Made by a program: the position numbers and the translations under genes. From NCBI RefSeq assembly GCF_030684315.1, contig NC_081381.1, positions 27,965,811-28,029,810 of the forward strand: a stretch of 64,000 nucleotides of DNA, read 5' to 3'. The stretch comes from Stegostoma tigrinum (taxonomy: Eukaryota). This document shows, in pieces, positions 38,041-50,229 of the stretch (the first letter of the stretch is position 1; every line of letters begins with the position of its first letter). The notes beneath the pieces are model-generated. The model saw only the letters and a list, made by a program, of their open reading frames with translations. It made no database searches and was not told the DNA's origin.

Positions 38041-39825
38041 TGTGCTAGTGAGTGGGTGAAAGAGGTAGAAGAAGCAAGTTTAAGAGACAGGGGCTAGAAA
38101 CAGAATCAATGAAAGTGAGACAGGTAGAGACGGGTTTGTGAACAGCATCAGAGAATGTGACATAGTCAGAGCAAATGAGCAAGAAAATTAGTTCAGGGAA
38201 TACATAATTATATTTAAGGACAATGTGGAACTGGAATACAAAATTGTTTGGACTCTGGTTTGAAAAGGTTTTGAAGGAACATGTAACTTCTGAGTGTCAT
38301 GTTCAGCAGTAATTACTGAGTCAAATTTTAATGTGCACTGTTAGCCACCTACAGTTTTGTTGGAAATCAAGTGATTTTGGAAAGAAGACGAGCAAAGCTT
38401 TAAAGACAGTTAAGAGATCAGCTGAATTTCTAGACAAACTTGGTTTGGAAGAGATAGAACCAAAGTGCTAGAGGCTGACTAGTTCATCGTTTGAACTAAA
38501 GTTGCTGTTTCAGTGCACAGGTTGGAGTGTCAGTTGAAATAACAAACCTCCAAAAAGCTGGCAGCAAAAAAAAAATTCTCTCCCTCACCTGAAAAAGAAG
38601 AAACTTTACAGCAGGATAACTGCACAAAAGTCTCTCAGTGAAATACCTTCCCTGGGGGCCCCGAGAAATTTCCAGAAACAAATATGCTGAACCTCGTCTT
38701 AAACTCTGAAAGCTGACTTATTTCTATTCAAAGTCCTAACTCTAAGGCTATTCTCATCAAAGTGAAATTGAAGTTTATTTCAAATAAACAAGTTATTTTT
38801 TAACTTTATTGAAGAAACTGGTTGATAGTCTCTTTTGTGCTTGATAATAGAAAGGAGAAAAACATTCATCATTTTGGTAAGTGAGATGTACGCTTCTACT
38901 ATATTTTGTGGAGCAGATTCTTTTCATTCATGGGATGTGGGTGTAGCTGCCTGGGCCAGCATTTATTGCCCATCTCTAATTTCAAGAGGGCAGTCAACCA
39001 TACTTCTGTGGCTCTGGAGTCACCTGGCAGCTGGGACTAGTTTAGCTTTGGACTATAGTTGGTATCGACTGGTTGGACCAAAGGGTCTTTTTCTCTGCTG
39101 TATGACTCTATGTATGCAAGACCAAGGAAAGATGGCAATTTGCTCTTCTCAAAGACGTCACCTGGGTCTCTGGATTATTACCGCTTGGCTTGATGACCAA
39201 TGCACTGGAGAAAAATTGAGACAGTGACTACGAAAGAAAGTGTGGGGAACTGGCATAAAGATAGAAAGTGAATGAATGAAAGAGTGAATGACTGGCAGAG
39301 AAAGTGACAGAACGAAATGGTAGAGTAACGGATGAGTAACTAAGCGTTAAGAGAGCAATTGTCTCAGTAGGAAAGGAACATTGTGAATGAATATGACAGC
39401 AATGATACCCAGGCAAATTAATGGTAAAGTCATGTACAGAATTACATATATGTGCATGCAGGAGGCCATTCAGCCAATCATGCAGCTGACGGCTTTTTGA
39501 AAAATCAAACAATTTATTGCCACATCCCTGCTCTTTTCCCAAGTTCCTAGTTAACATCGTTATAAGATGTCTAACTGAAACAGAAAATGCTGAAAATACT
39601 CAGGTCTGTAACATCTGTGAAAAGAGAAACAAAGTTAACATTTCACATCAAAGACCTTCCATCAAGCCAAAATATTAATTCTATCCCCATCTTAAATGGT
39701 GTGAGACATGAGATCTAAGAAACAACTGCACACTACAATGTAGATGTTAGAATCTCACTAGATGATCTGAATAACATTCTTGTTCTGTAATAAACTTGGG
39801 ATTGTGACAGCAGGGCCACACCTAC

Positions 39826-39923
39826 CTTTGTGGGACCATTTCCATGGATGATGACTGGCAATGAATTATACTCTATGTTTCGTGCTCTTACTCGCTTATC
39901 TTCAAACTTCAGAACCACTTCAT
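39826..39923 (-). CDS. PLOD1: PLOD1 exon 7
   Basis: [15 protein letters not shown]...[11 protein letters not shown]; 98 nt. Confidence 0.96.
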
Positions 39924-40262
39924 CTGGCAATCAGAGAGAAACCAGCAAAAGATAGACTGTGTTAGCACAGTTAAATCTGTTGACTTTTGCTCTTAATTCT
40001 ATTTACTTCCCCTGAAGTTAGTTTGTCAAACCTCCTCTAAGAATGAGACCATAAATACCAGATTGTATGTGCAACATATCTAATATAAAGTTCTGGAAAC
40101 ATTCAGAAATTACTGTCTGAGGAGAGATTTCCCACTATGCGTTCCTGCTTGTAGCTCTCTGTACACTGTAGGGAAAGAAGATGGGATGTTCATTGTCCAG
40201 TGATGGTTGCAATCACAGCCTTCACTGGCAGCCAGCATAAAGGAAGTTCCCAATTTCCATTG

Positions 40263-40489
40263 TATCAGTGATAATGGGAACTGCAGATGCTGGAGAATCC
40301 AAGATAACAAAGTGTGAAGCTAGATGAACACAGCAGGCCAAGCAGCATCTCAGGAGCACAAAAGCTGACGTTTCGGGCCTAGACCCTTCATCAGAGGCTC
40401 TGATGAAGGGTCTAGGCCCGAAACGTCAGCTTTTGTGCTCCTGAGATGCTGCTGGGCCTGCTGTGTTCATCCAGCCCCACACTTTGTTA
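40263..40489. mobile_element. Non-autonomous palindromic Penelope-derived element: two head-to-head terminal repeats, each with a hammerhead core; 15-bp TSD
   Basis: Arms 40303-40396 and 40398-40491 (1-nt spacer, 4 mismatches); TSD TCCCAATTTCCATTG at 40248-40262 and 40490-40504. Confidence 0.85.
40397..40430 (+). ncRNA. Minimal hammerhead ribozyme core; mirror copy on - at 40364-40396
   Basis: gct-CTGATGA-AGGGTCTAGGCCC-GAAAC-GTC-agc; stem I gct/agc, stem II GGGTC/GGCCC. Confidence 0.7.
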
Positions 40490-41254
40490 TCCCAATTTCC
40501 ATTGACTGCTTTAGCCAGAATTCAGTTGGTAATCAGTAACCAGCATGAGGACAGCTCTGCCTAGATTGATAACTTCACTGACCAGGTTAACCTTTATTCT
40601 AGCATCTTAAACAACCACAACTGATAGGAGGTCATGCCCCAAGCACACACACCTGATGATCTTTATGAACAAGAGGTCACATTTCTATGGAACTGGCCTT
40701 GAATATTAGGTGAGTTGATGATTGTACACATATTCTTTTCTTCTTTATTCTTTCATTGGATATGGACATCGCTGGCAAGACAGCATTTGCTGCCCCCTGT
40801 CCTTAAATGGGCTCTTTAACTTGAATCAAGGGGCTTGCTAGGTGCTTTCAAGCACATAGCTCTGGAGTCATATTGGCCAGACTAGGTAAGGATGGCACAT
40901 TTCCTTTTCTAAAGACATTAGTGAACTTGGTGGGCTTTTATAACAATCAATGTTGACAGTCATCATCAACATCTCTAAGACTAGATTTAACTTCCAGTTT
41001 TCAGTGTAATTGAATAAATTGAATTTGAATTCCACAAGCTGACATTGGGGAATTTTAAATCATGTTCCCAAGCATTCGCCTGGACTTCTGGATTATTCAT
41101 CCACTGACATTACCACTACTCCATTGTTTGCCTAAGTTTTCATAGCTGCTTTATGCTTGGATTCTTGATTGGATGCTTTGTTGTGTGACTCCTGACTATG
41201 ATTCAGAAGAGCAGAAAACACAGAGGCCTGTGCAGGATCCAAACCCGAACATAC

Positions 41255-41318
41255 CAAGTGCTCCATTTAAATTCTGGAATATCCGACATTTGTGGTCCAA
41301 GGTAATATTCAAACTTGC
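41255..41318 (-). CDS. PLOD1: PLOD1 exon 6
   Basis: ASLNITLDHKCRIFQNLNGAL; 64 nt. Confidence 0.95.
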
Positions 41319-42287
41319 CTGGAAAAAGAAGTGGAAACAAGGCAAATGTGAACAGGACAATCTCACTGCATGAATAATTAGAGCATTGTTGGTTACAATG
41401 GGCAGAATGTTGTGCTGCTTCTAGGAGTGGGAAGTGAGGTCCATGGGGGAAACTTAATTTTGCAGGAGGCTAAAATTCAGAATTCTAATGGAGGGGTAAA
41501 CTTTTGCAATTAAGTACACAGAATTTTAAGGTGTGTTGAGCTTCCCAACAATAAAGGTCTGGAAGCCCTTTTGCATGCTTTTGCATCTCACACATGCCTA
41601 TTAAAGGCTAACTCACCAGAGGCTTCCTCTGCCAGTTAATTTCTCCACAAGCAAGCAATATTTGATTTACAAATTCCTACTACATGACAGAGGTGTGCTC
41701 TAGATAATCTCATCATCTTCAAGAGTATTAGAGTAACCAGCCATTATTTTGTCCTTTTTGCGGAGTGTTTGTCTATTCCATGTCTTGATTGAGATTGGGT
41801 GATGGTTATCTAGGTTGCACAGTGCATAGAAGATGATAAAGGAAAGCAGAATGGAGTGTAACAAACAAGGGGCAAGGAGGCTGGCCAAACTGGGCAAGTA
41901 TATCTGTCAGAGTGTGGGAGGTTCACCATTACCTGGGAAGGGTCATAGGCAAACATGAATGGTGCAACTACAGGTGGGAGTGGTTTCACAGACAGGGCTG
42001 GTGGTTGACGAAGGGTACTGGGCCTAAAGGTACTATCAGTTGTGTCAATGCTGGGGTCCTGGAGATTAATTTATAGATACAGGGGAGTGACTGGGAAAGT
42101 GACGGAGATAGGGGGAATTGGGACTTGTGAGGGTGAGAATTCCCAGCTCATGGAAAAGAGGCAGATGGTCACGTGAGGAGGGTCTCTAAAGGTAAAGCAG
42201 TAGGTGGTTTCAATCCTGCAAAGGTTTAGGATGGGCATGGGGAAGATGATAGCTATTGTCTCAGGAAGTGGTTGGGGAGCGAGATAG

Positions 42288-42318
<31 letters not shown>

Positions 42319-43346
42319 CAAAGAAAGAGCAGGTATGTGGATGGCTATTGTAATGGGTCCAGTGTAACAGGAGGAACATGAAGTGTGAGAGAGGGGAGGT
42401 CTACCCTAACATGGGGTACAATAAGTTCAAGAATAATAGGTGGAACAGGAGGAGAGTAATACGCAGTGAAACTTCTGAAGTGAAAATGACGCAGACCATT
42501 TCACCCTTCTCTAGCTCAGAGCAGAGTTCCTCATCAATAATGCATAGTTGAATTGAACGCAGGGATTTGCAGATTGGAGGAGTTACTGTAGAGTTCTGGG
42601 TGGTAACTGAAAGGAAATCCTTGTTATAATAGGTCAACTGCATGAGAACCAGGCTCAGATGTATTCACCTCTCTACGGTGAAGGCCTCATATACGGCAAC
42701 TCTATCACTCCATGATTCAGGACCCTCATGACATTGAAATCTCAGCAAGGTCAGGAACTACAATGAAATTTGAAATGAGGGGCATTCTCTATAGTCGAAG
42801 GCAGGCAAGAAGTGAGAACAGCAAAGGAATTAGTCAATAGATTGAATCCTGCCATTTGTTTACATCTATCCTTCTATGCTTAACTGAGGATGGGTCATGT
42901 GAATCCTGCACTACTATTTGCTCTGGTAAAGTGAGGCATCCCTGAACATGGGATCATTTTCTGCTGTGTCTATGACATCTCTGGGTAATAGTTTTGGAGG
43001 ATGGGGTGCAACAAAGGCAGGATTAGTGCTTCTGGTCAATAGCTGTCCAGGTACCCTTTAAGTCAGGCAACGGATCCTTCAACTCAGTGGTAACTCAGGG
43101 TCAAGGATTCATCTCTGCTCTACTGTAAGATTCACCAAGCTATTTATACACTCATCTGTAATAAATTGAGATTTGCATAATCACTTAAGAAATGTCAACG
43201 TGCTAAGTGGAAATGACGGTCACTTCTCACCTGACACTGAACTTAGACAACATAATGGAAGATTCCGCCCTATGTTACTAAATAATACATTACCACAGTG
43301 TTCCACTATTGCCCACTGATGGCTATACTCTTTTAATGTTCCTTAC

Positions 43347-43459
43347 CCTCTTCTTCGGATCCAGATATATTTTTGTGTAAAAGAGTTGATCATCATGCTT
43401 GTCCTCTAGATCCCAGGGTTCCACAAGTTCATAAATATTCGGAGCAAAGCCAATAAATC
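43347..43459 (-). CDS. PLOD1: PLOD1 exon 5 (acidic loop of the GT domain)
   Basis: [37 protein letters not shown]; 113 nt. Confidence 0.95.
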
Positions 43460-43589
43460 CTGAAATTCCCCAAAAGGATAATGAAGTTACCGCAATGTAA
43501 TCCTGATCCTATTTCTACAGGGCATTGGAATATAGGTAGTACAGAACTGAATTAAAGGTGTACACTGTGACCAATTTCTTCTTCTCTTG

Positions 43590-44100
43590 AGGAAATACAT
43601 GCTGTCATTGGAGGTGATTCCAAGAAGGTTCAGTTGGGTGACCATGGGTATAGGGGGACAGTCTTATGATGACAGATTAATCGCTTGGGCCTGCACCCAA
43701 TGGTGTTTAGAAGAACAAGAAGTGACTTTATTGAAATGCGTAAGATTCTTAGGAGGGTTGACAGGATAGATGTGGGAAGGTTGTTTTCACTTGTGAGGAG
43801 ATCTGGAAACGGAGGGCACCATCTCCAATTATGTTGCTGACTTAGGACAGAAGTGAAGAGAGATTTCTTCTTTGAGGCTATCTAAATCAATCTGTGGATT
43901 GTTTCACCACAGAGGGTATGGATTATTGAGTATATTCAAGGTGAAGATAGGCAGATTTCTAATCAGTAAGGAAATTGAGGATTGTATGGATATGGCAGGC
44001 AAGGGAAGTTGATGTTTCCCAGATCTGCTATGATTACGCTGAATGATGGAGCAGGCTTGATGGGCTGAGTGGCGCACTTCTATTCTTATGGTCTTATGGC
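43590..44100 (+). mobile_element. CR1 LINE 3' fragment (old)
   Basis: Degenerate LExxxRRF...GLTG relic and CTTATGGTCTTATG tail. Confidence 0.7.
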
Positions 44101-44579
44101 ACATGATGAAAGTTCAATACTCCACTGAACTTTGTACATGAACATAGTTGGCAAATGAAGACAAGCTATTTGTATTGATCTCAATTCTACTTTATTCAGT
44201 GTGCACTTAGTACAGATTATTGGACAATTCTCATTGGGTAGAATGTGGGAACGGTAGGAGTAGCAATTTTGATGTTTCATTTTAACCTGCACAACATTGC
44301 CTGTTTCCAGTCATCTTAGACCTTCTGATTAAACGGTTAGTTAAGCTTTTCTCACTTTTAGATTCTGTTTACTCCAATGCCATCCTTTATGGATACCCAT
44401 GTTCTGCTTCTCTTTGAGTTGTAACCACCTATCCCATTGCACCCTTTAACTTGCTAACTGAATTTTGTGCTCCTTTAGAAGATCAGGTTGGTGACTCCGG
44501 GTACAGAGCGATTATCTCATGAAGAGAGGTTAATAGCTTGGGCCTGCACTTAATGGTGTTTACTCATTTCTCATTCTTC

Positions 44580-44830
44580 TAGAACAAAAAATTACAGCAC
44601 AGGACAGGTCCTTTAGCCTTCCAAGCCTGCACCAACATACTGTCAGCCACAACTCAAACCCCCTACTCTTCCAGGGACTGTATCCCTCTATTTCCATTCT
44701 ATTCATGTATTTGTCAAGACACCCTTTAAAAGTCACTATTGTATCTGCTTCCACTACCTCCACCAGCAGTGAATTCCAGGCATCCACCTTCCTCTGTGTA
44801 AATAAAAAACACTTGGCTCGTACATCACCT
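44580..44830 (-). mobile_element. CR1 LINE 3' fragment
   Basis: FTQRKVDAWNSLLVEVVEADTIVTFKGCLDKYM. Confidence 0.8.
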
Positions 44831-44922
44831 TTTCTAGTGAGACTAGTGGGAGGATTTTGCACAGAGATTATTGTTCCAATTTCTCAAAGTCTTTTTGCAA
44901 AACCTATTGTCTTTCCTGCCTT

Positions 44923-45660
44923 GGAGGAATAATAGGAGGGCAGAATACCGGGTCAATGGAAAGATTCTTGGTAGTGTAGATGTGCAGAGGGATCTTGGTG
45001 TCCTTGTACATAGATCCCTGAAAGTTGCCACCCAGGTTGATAGTGCTGTTAAGAAGGCTTTACGGTGTTTTAGGTTTTATTGGTAGAGGAACTGAGTTCC
45101 GGAGCCGTGATGTCATGCTGCAACTGTACAAAACGCTAGTGCAGCCTCATTTGGAATATTGCGTGCAGTTCTGGTCACCCCATTACAGGAAGGATGTGGA
45201 AGCATTGGAAAAGGTGCAGAGGAGATTTACCAGGATGTTGCCTGGTCTGGAGTGCAGGCCGTATGAAGAAAGGCTGAGGGACTTTGGTCTGTTCTCATTG
45301 GAGAGAAGGTGGCTAAGAGGGGATTTAATAGAGACATGCAAGATGATCAGAGGATTAGATAGGGTGGACAGTGAGAGTCTTTTTCTGAGGATGATGACTT
45401 CAGCTTGTACAAGGGGGCATAGATACAAATTGAGGGGTGATAGATTTAAGGCAGATGCCAGAGGCAGATTCTTTACTCAGAGCGGTAAGGGCGTGGAACA
45501 CCCTGCCTGCCAATGTAGTTAACTCAGCCGCATTAGGGGCATTTAAACAGTCCTTGGATAAGCATATGGATAATGATGGGATGATGTAGGGATGATGTCG
45601 GCGCAACATCGAGGGCTGAAGGGCCTGTTCTGCACTGTATTGTTCTATGTTCTATGTTCT
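44923..45660 (+). mobile_element. CR1 (HER1-like) LINE 3' fragment, relatively young
   Basis: LYKTLVQPHLEYCVQFWSPHYRKDVEALEKVQRRFTRMLPG...LRGDLIE; (TTCTATG)n tail. Confidence 0.9.
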
Positions 45661-46149
45661 ATATAAACAACCACATGAACACCTATTTGAAGATAGATAC
45701 AAATGAATGGAGGCACCAGTATAAATATAAACACATAAATGCTTTCACACATATACATCTTCATGTACACACTTTCATACAACTGCAAGTTATTATATGG
45801 AAACATAGCATTATACACAAGCTGCTTTACATGCAAATAAAAGTAAAACACTGTGAAAGTTGCAGATCTGAAATAAAAACAGAACGTAATGGAGAAACTC
45901 GGCAGGTCTGATAGCATCTGTGGAGAGAAAAAGTGGGTTAATGTTTTGAGTCCAATATGACTTCTTTCTGTAAGAACTGGATCGAAAGAATAGTCATGTG
46001 TGACTCAATGTTAACTCTATTTCTGCGTCCTCAGATGCTATTGAGCTATCCAACACTCTCTGCTTTACACACAGACATAAATCCAAGCATTCACTGTGCC
46101 CGTTACGCTCAGAGGATGAACTTTGTGCAATGCAAACAAGGAAACTCAC

Positions 46150-46313
46150 CTCCGGAATTGAGGAATCGTTTGCCCTCCCTTACATGAGGGTACTGGGCTT
46201 CAAGATTGTGATTGGGCCAAATAAAAGCCTCAGCAGCAAAGACCACATTGTGCTTAGCCTGATGAAACTTCTTTAGTAATTCTTCAGGCCCTGAAGCAAA
46301 TATCACATCATAG
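46150..46313 (-). CDS. PLOD1: PLOD1 exon 4
   Basis: [16 protein letters not shown]...[10 protein letters not shown]...GKRFLNSG; 164 nt. Confidence 0.96.
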
Positions 46314-46686
46314 CTGAAAAACATTACAAGATTAGGTAGTGGAAGGAAGGAGTGCTTGAATTTAAACAGCACCACTGTTGGAACTCAGGATGTTTCTCAT
46401 GGGTTTTGAAGCACAGGCTCTATTGTAATTTAAGAATGCTGGCAGCCAATTTGCATGCATCAAGCTCCCACCAACAGCAAAGTGATATAGAACTGTTAAT
46501 TTGTTCTAATGGTGTTGTTGACGGATAAATATTGTCTAGGACATGGTGAGAAACTCTCCCACTCTTCTTCAGAATAGGACTCTGTGATCTCTTACACTCA
46601 GTTGAGAGATCAGATTGTCAAATCTTATGTTGTCAGAACCTCATGACCTATCCCATGCAGGGAGATCTTATACAACTGGAGTGTAC

Positions 46687-46823
46687 CTGTCCACAAACAG
46701 AATAACCAGTTCCTTCTCTGTGGCATATGATTTCAAGGCTTGCTTCAGAATCCGTACTTTCTGCCCACCTCCTGAGGATTTTGTCACATCTCCACCTGTC
46801 CACTCCTCACCGAAACCCAACAC
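46687..46823 (-). CDS. PLOD1: PLOD1 exon 3 (glycoloop)
   Basis: VLGFGEEWTGGDVTKSSGGGQKVRILK...VILFVD; 137 nt. Confidence 0.95.
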
Positions 46824-47608
46824 CTACAAAATACAAACAGGGACAATTTTAAATATTAAACACCCATGGGATCTAGCAATGCCAAATTGCCTTTGAACGC
46901 CCAGTCAGGAATGATCTATGTTACTTATTAGAAGCAGGAACTTGATACTGGGCCAACATCAGCTAAAAAGTGTTCTGACACTGTTGTTTTGGATCTGTTA
47001 CAAATCATTAGCCAAGGAAGTGGGGTGCCTGAGATTTTTTTAAATTCATAACCTCAGTTTTGGAATATCATTCATTGACATCACCCACATCCAACAAATG
47101 AGATGACAAATCAACCAACTGTACCTCTTACGGCGCTTGTGGATTTTCAGCCGCCTGGCTGATTTACTTATTGGTAACACACATTTGACTAGTGTCCTGA
47201 TAATTAAACCCTGCACCCAGCAGTTTGCACTCCCCTCAAATTTGCTGAACCTAGTATAACCTGGTGTTTAGGGGTTAGGATTTATCCAACAATGATGTCA
47301 ACAGTCCCAAATACATCCTTTTCCCAAACTTAAATCTCAGAATAATCTAACAGAGTGAACTAACTAATCAGAACCTTAAAAGCTGAGTAAGCAGCTGGGT
47401 TGCCAGCAGCATCAGGTTCTAAGAACATTAACTGTCATTAGAAACTTTATAAAAACTTTATCACTGTTTCAGTCCAATCAATCAGGATTTAACTTGCCAG
47501 AAGCATTTTGCATTAGAGAGCAACCTTATTGGTCTCTGACACCAGTTGCTTATCGGTTCCCATTGCTATTGTGTTAGTTGATAAATAATTTGTTCCAAAT
47601 TATATCAC

Positions 47609-47700
47609 CTTCACCGTGTAATTGAAGAAGTTTGCAGATCTCATGAATCGCATAAAGCCATCTGTTTCTTTTGTGGCGACAGTGAAAACCAAGAGATTTT
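47609..47700 (-). CDS. PLOD1: PLOD1 exon 2
   Basis: [30 protein letters not shown]; 92 nt. Confidence 0.95.
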
Positions 47701-48427
47701 CTGCAGGGAACAACAAAAAGGAGAGTTTGTGGCAGGAGCACAGCAATTCCCAACCTACACCCTCCTCACTGTAATCCACAGTCATGGACTCACAATATAT
47801 ACAGGCCCCACCGCAAACCATGTACACCAACTCAAACCCTACATTCTCCCCACTGTGCAGACCATGATTTTTGTATTTTTGGTTGTTTAAAGAAGAATTG
47901 CTGCATTTAAAAAAAAGTAATCTGCCATTTATTGTAAGTCCTGTTTACACAGTTGCTTGTTTAGGCGGTAGTGGAAGATGAGTTTGTAGATGAACTAGAG
48001 CCAAGTTTGCATATGAATGTAGCTTTGCCTGGCAACAAGTAGCTGCATGGTCTGTGGGTTAGTGATCAGTTATCAATGACAAAGGTCTTCAGCTTGCCAA
48101 CAACTATGTGATTGACTCTCAGTTGGCTGAACATTCTTGCTATAAGCTATGACTTAACTGATAAATCAAAGACCTCTGTAAGTGGGAGCCAGTCATTTTG
48201 TGCCCCCTGAAAACAGGTGGAAGTATCTGGATAAGGAAGATAAAGAAGCAGTGTGCTGGTCAGGCCAAGAATCATCTCAGCAAATCTTATCGACAGGGGC
48301 CATTGAACTGCTACTCCACCATATTTTCTTTACCACTTATATATTCCAGTGTGTGTTGAGAAAAAGGGCAATAATAAGTGAGATGGAGTTTTAACTCAAC
48401 TGGCATTATAAATAAATGGTTCATAAT

Positions 48428-49578
48428 TTCACTGAATTCCCACATGGAAACAGGCTATTCAGTCCAACAAGTCCACACCGACTCTCTGAAGAGATCCCAA
48501 CTGGACTCATCCCTGCGACCTGCATTTCCCATGCTAATCCACCTAGCCTGCACATCTTGGTAGGTGGAGTTAAATTTAGATAAATGGGAGGTGCTGCATT
48601 TTGGAAAGGCAAATCAGGGCAGGATGTATGTACTTAATGGTAAATCCTGGGAAGTTTTGCTAAATAAAGAGATCTTGGAGTGCAGGTTCATAGTTCCTTG
48701 AAAGTGGAGCCGCAGGTAGATTGGAAAATGGAGAAGACATTTGGTTTGGTTGCCTTTATTGGTCAGTGCATTGAGTATAAGAGTTGGGAGGTCATGCTGC
48801 GTCTGTACAGGACATTGCTTAGGCTGCTTTTGGAATACTGTGTGAAGTTCTGGTGTCCCTGCAATATGAAGGATGTTGTGAAGCTTGAAAAGGTTGAGAA
48901 AATATTTACAAGGAAGTTGCCAGGACTGGAGGGTTTAAACTACAGGTAGAGGCTGAATAGACTGGGACTGTTTTCCCTGGAGTGTCGGAGGCTGAGGGAT
49001 AACCTTATAGAGGTTTATAAAATCATGAGGGGCATGGATAGGGTAAATAGGCAAGGTTTTTTTTTCCCTGGGATGAGTGAGTCCAAAACTAGAGGGCATA
49101 GTTCTAAGGTGACAGGGCAAAGATTTAAAAGGGACCTGAGGGCCAACTTTTTCCACAAGAAGGTGATGCGTTTATAGAATGAGCTGCCAGAGGAGATGGT
49201 GGAGGCTGGTACAATTATAACATTTAAAGGGCATCTGGATGGCTGTATGAATGGGAAGGCAAATGGGCCAAATGGGACTAAATTAAATTAGGATATCTGG
49301 TCGGCACAGATGAGTTGGACCGAAGGGTCTGTTTCTGCGCTGTATATCTTATTGACCTTAATGACCTAATCCCTTGACAGAATGGGCAAGTTGGCCCTCA
49401 GGTCCCTTTTAAATCTAACCTGTACATTTTAGGACTGTGGGAGGAAACTGAAGTATCAGGAAGAAACACACGCAGACATGGGGATAATGTGCAAACTCCA
49501 CACAGTTGCCGAGGTGGAACTGAACTCTGGTCCCTGCTGCTGACAGGCAGCAGTGCTAACCATTGAGCCACCATGCGG
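48428..49578. mobile_element. HE1-like SINE (-) split by a CR1 fragment (+, about 48560-49350)
   Basis: SINE tail half at 48428-48560 and head half at about 49415-49578; CR1 LYRTLLRLLLEYCVKFW between them. Confidence 0.75.
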
Positions 49579-50229
49579 CTGTAATGTTTACTTGTAGTTA
49601 CAACCAATTTATCTGAAATAGTCATTCTTGTTAAGTACAGAAACCTAGTCTATGCTTTTTGTCAATCTGGGCCTAAAAGAAGATAAATTAAGGAATTCTG
49701 CACACTTTCAAGAATCTTTCACTTTGGGCACACTTCTGAGAATGACAGGGCTTGATTTCTAGCATGCTACTCTAGTGAGGCATATCACCACACCACAGGC
49801 TCACAACACACACTCCTTCCCAATGGAACCTATAAGCATACACACCCCAGCAAAATCCCGAGAAATTAATTCACGACTTAGGACAATAGAAGTCTCAGTT
49901 TAGCATTTATCTGAAAGATGGCACCCCTAACACTGCAGCAAGTGCTCGTTCAGTTCTACACCAGCAGTATCAGCCTGGATTACACACATTTACTGGAAAG
50001 AAATTTGAACGTATAATCTTCCACCTCACAGGTAGATATCACACCCTCTGAGCTATTATGAGGCTTAGAAATTTGTAGAGGGACAGACTGATTTGGGATT
50101 GATTACAATGATGGACTTGGTGACTGGGGGCCAAACTTGTCGAAAGAGGAGATTGTATTTGTTCATAACAAGTCTAACAAACAGGCATCTCTTGTAATTA
50201 CATTTTCAATGTATCTTAGACTTAATATT

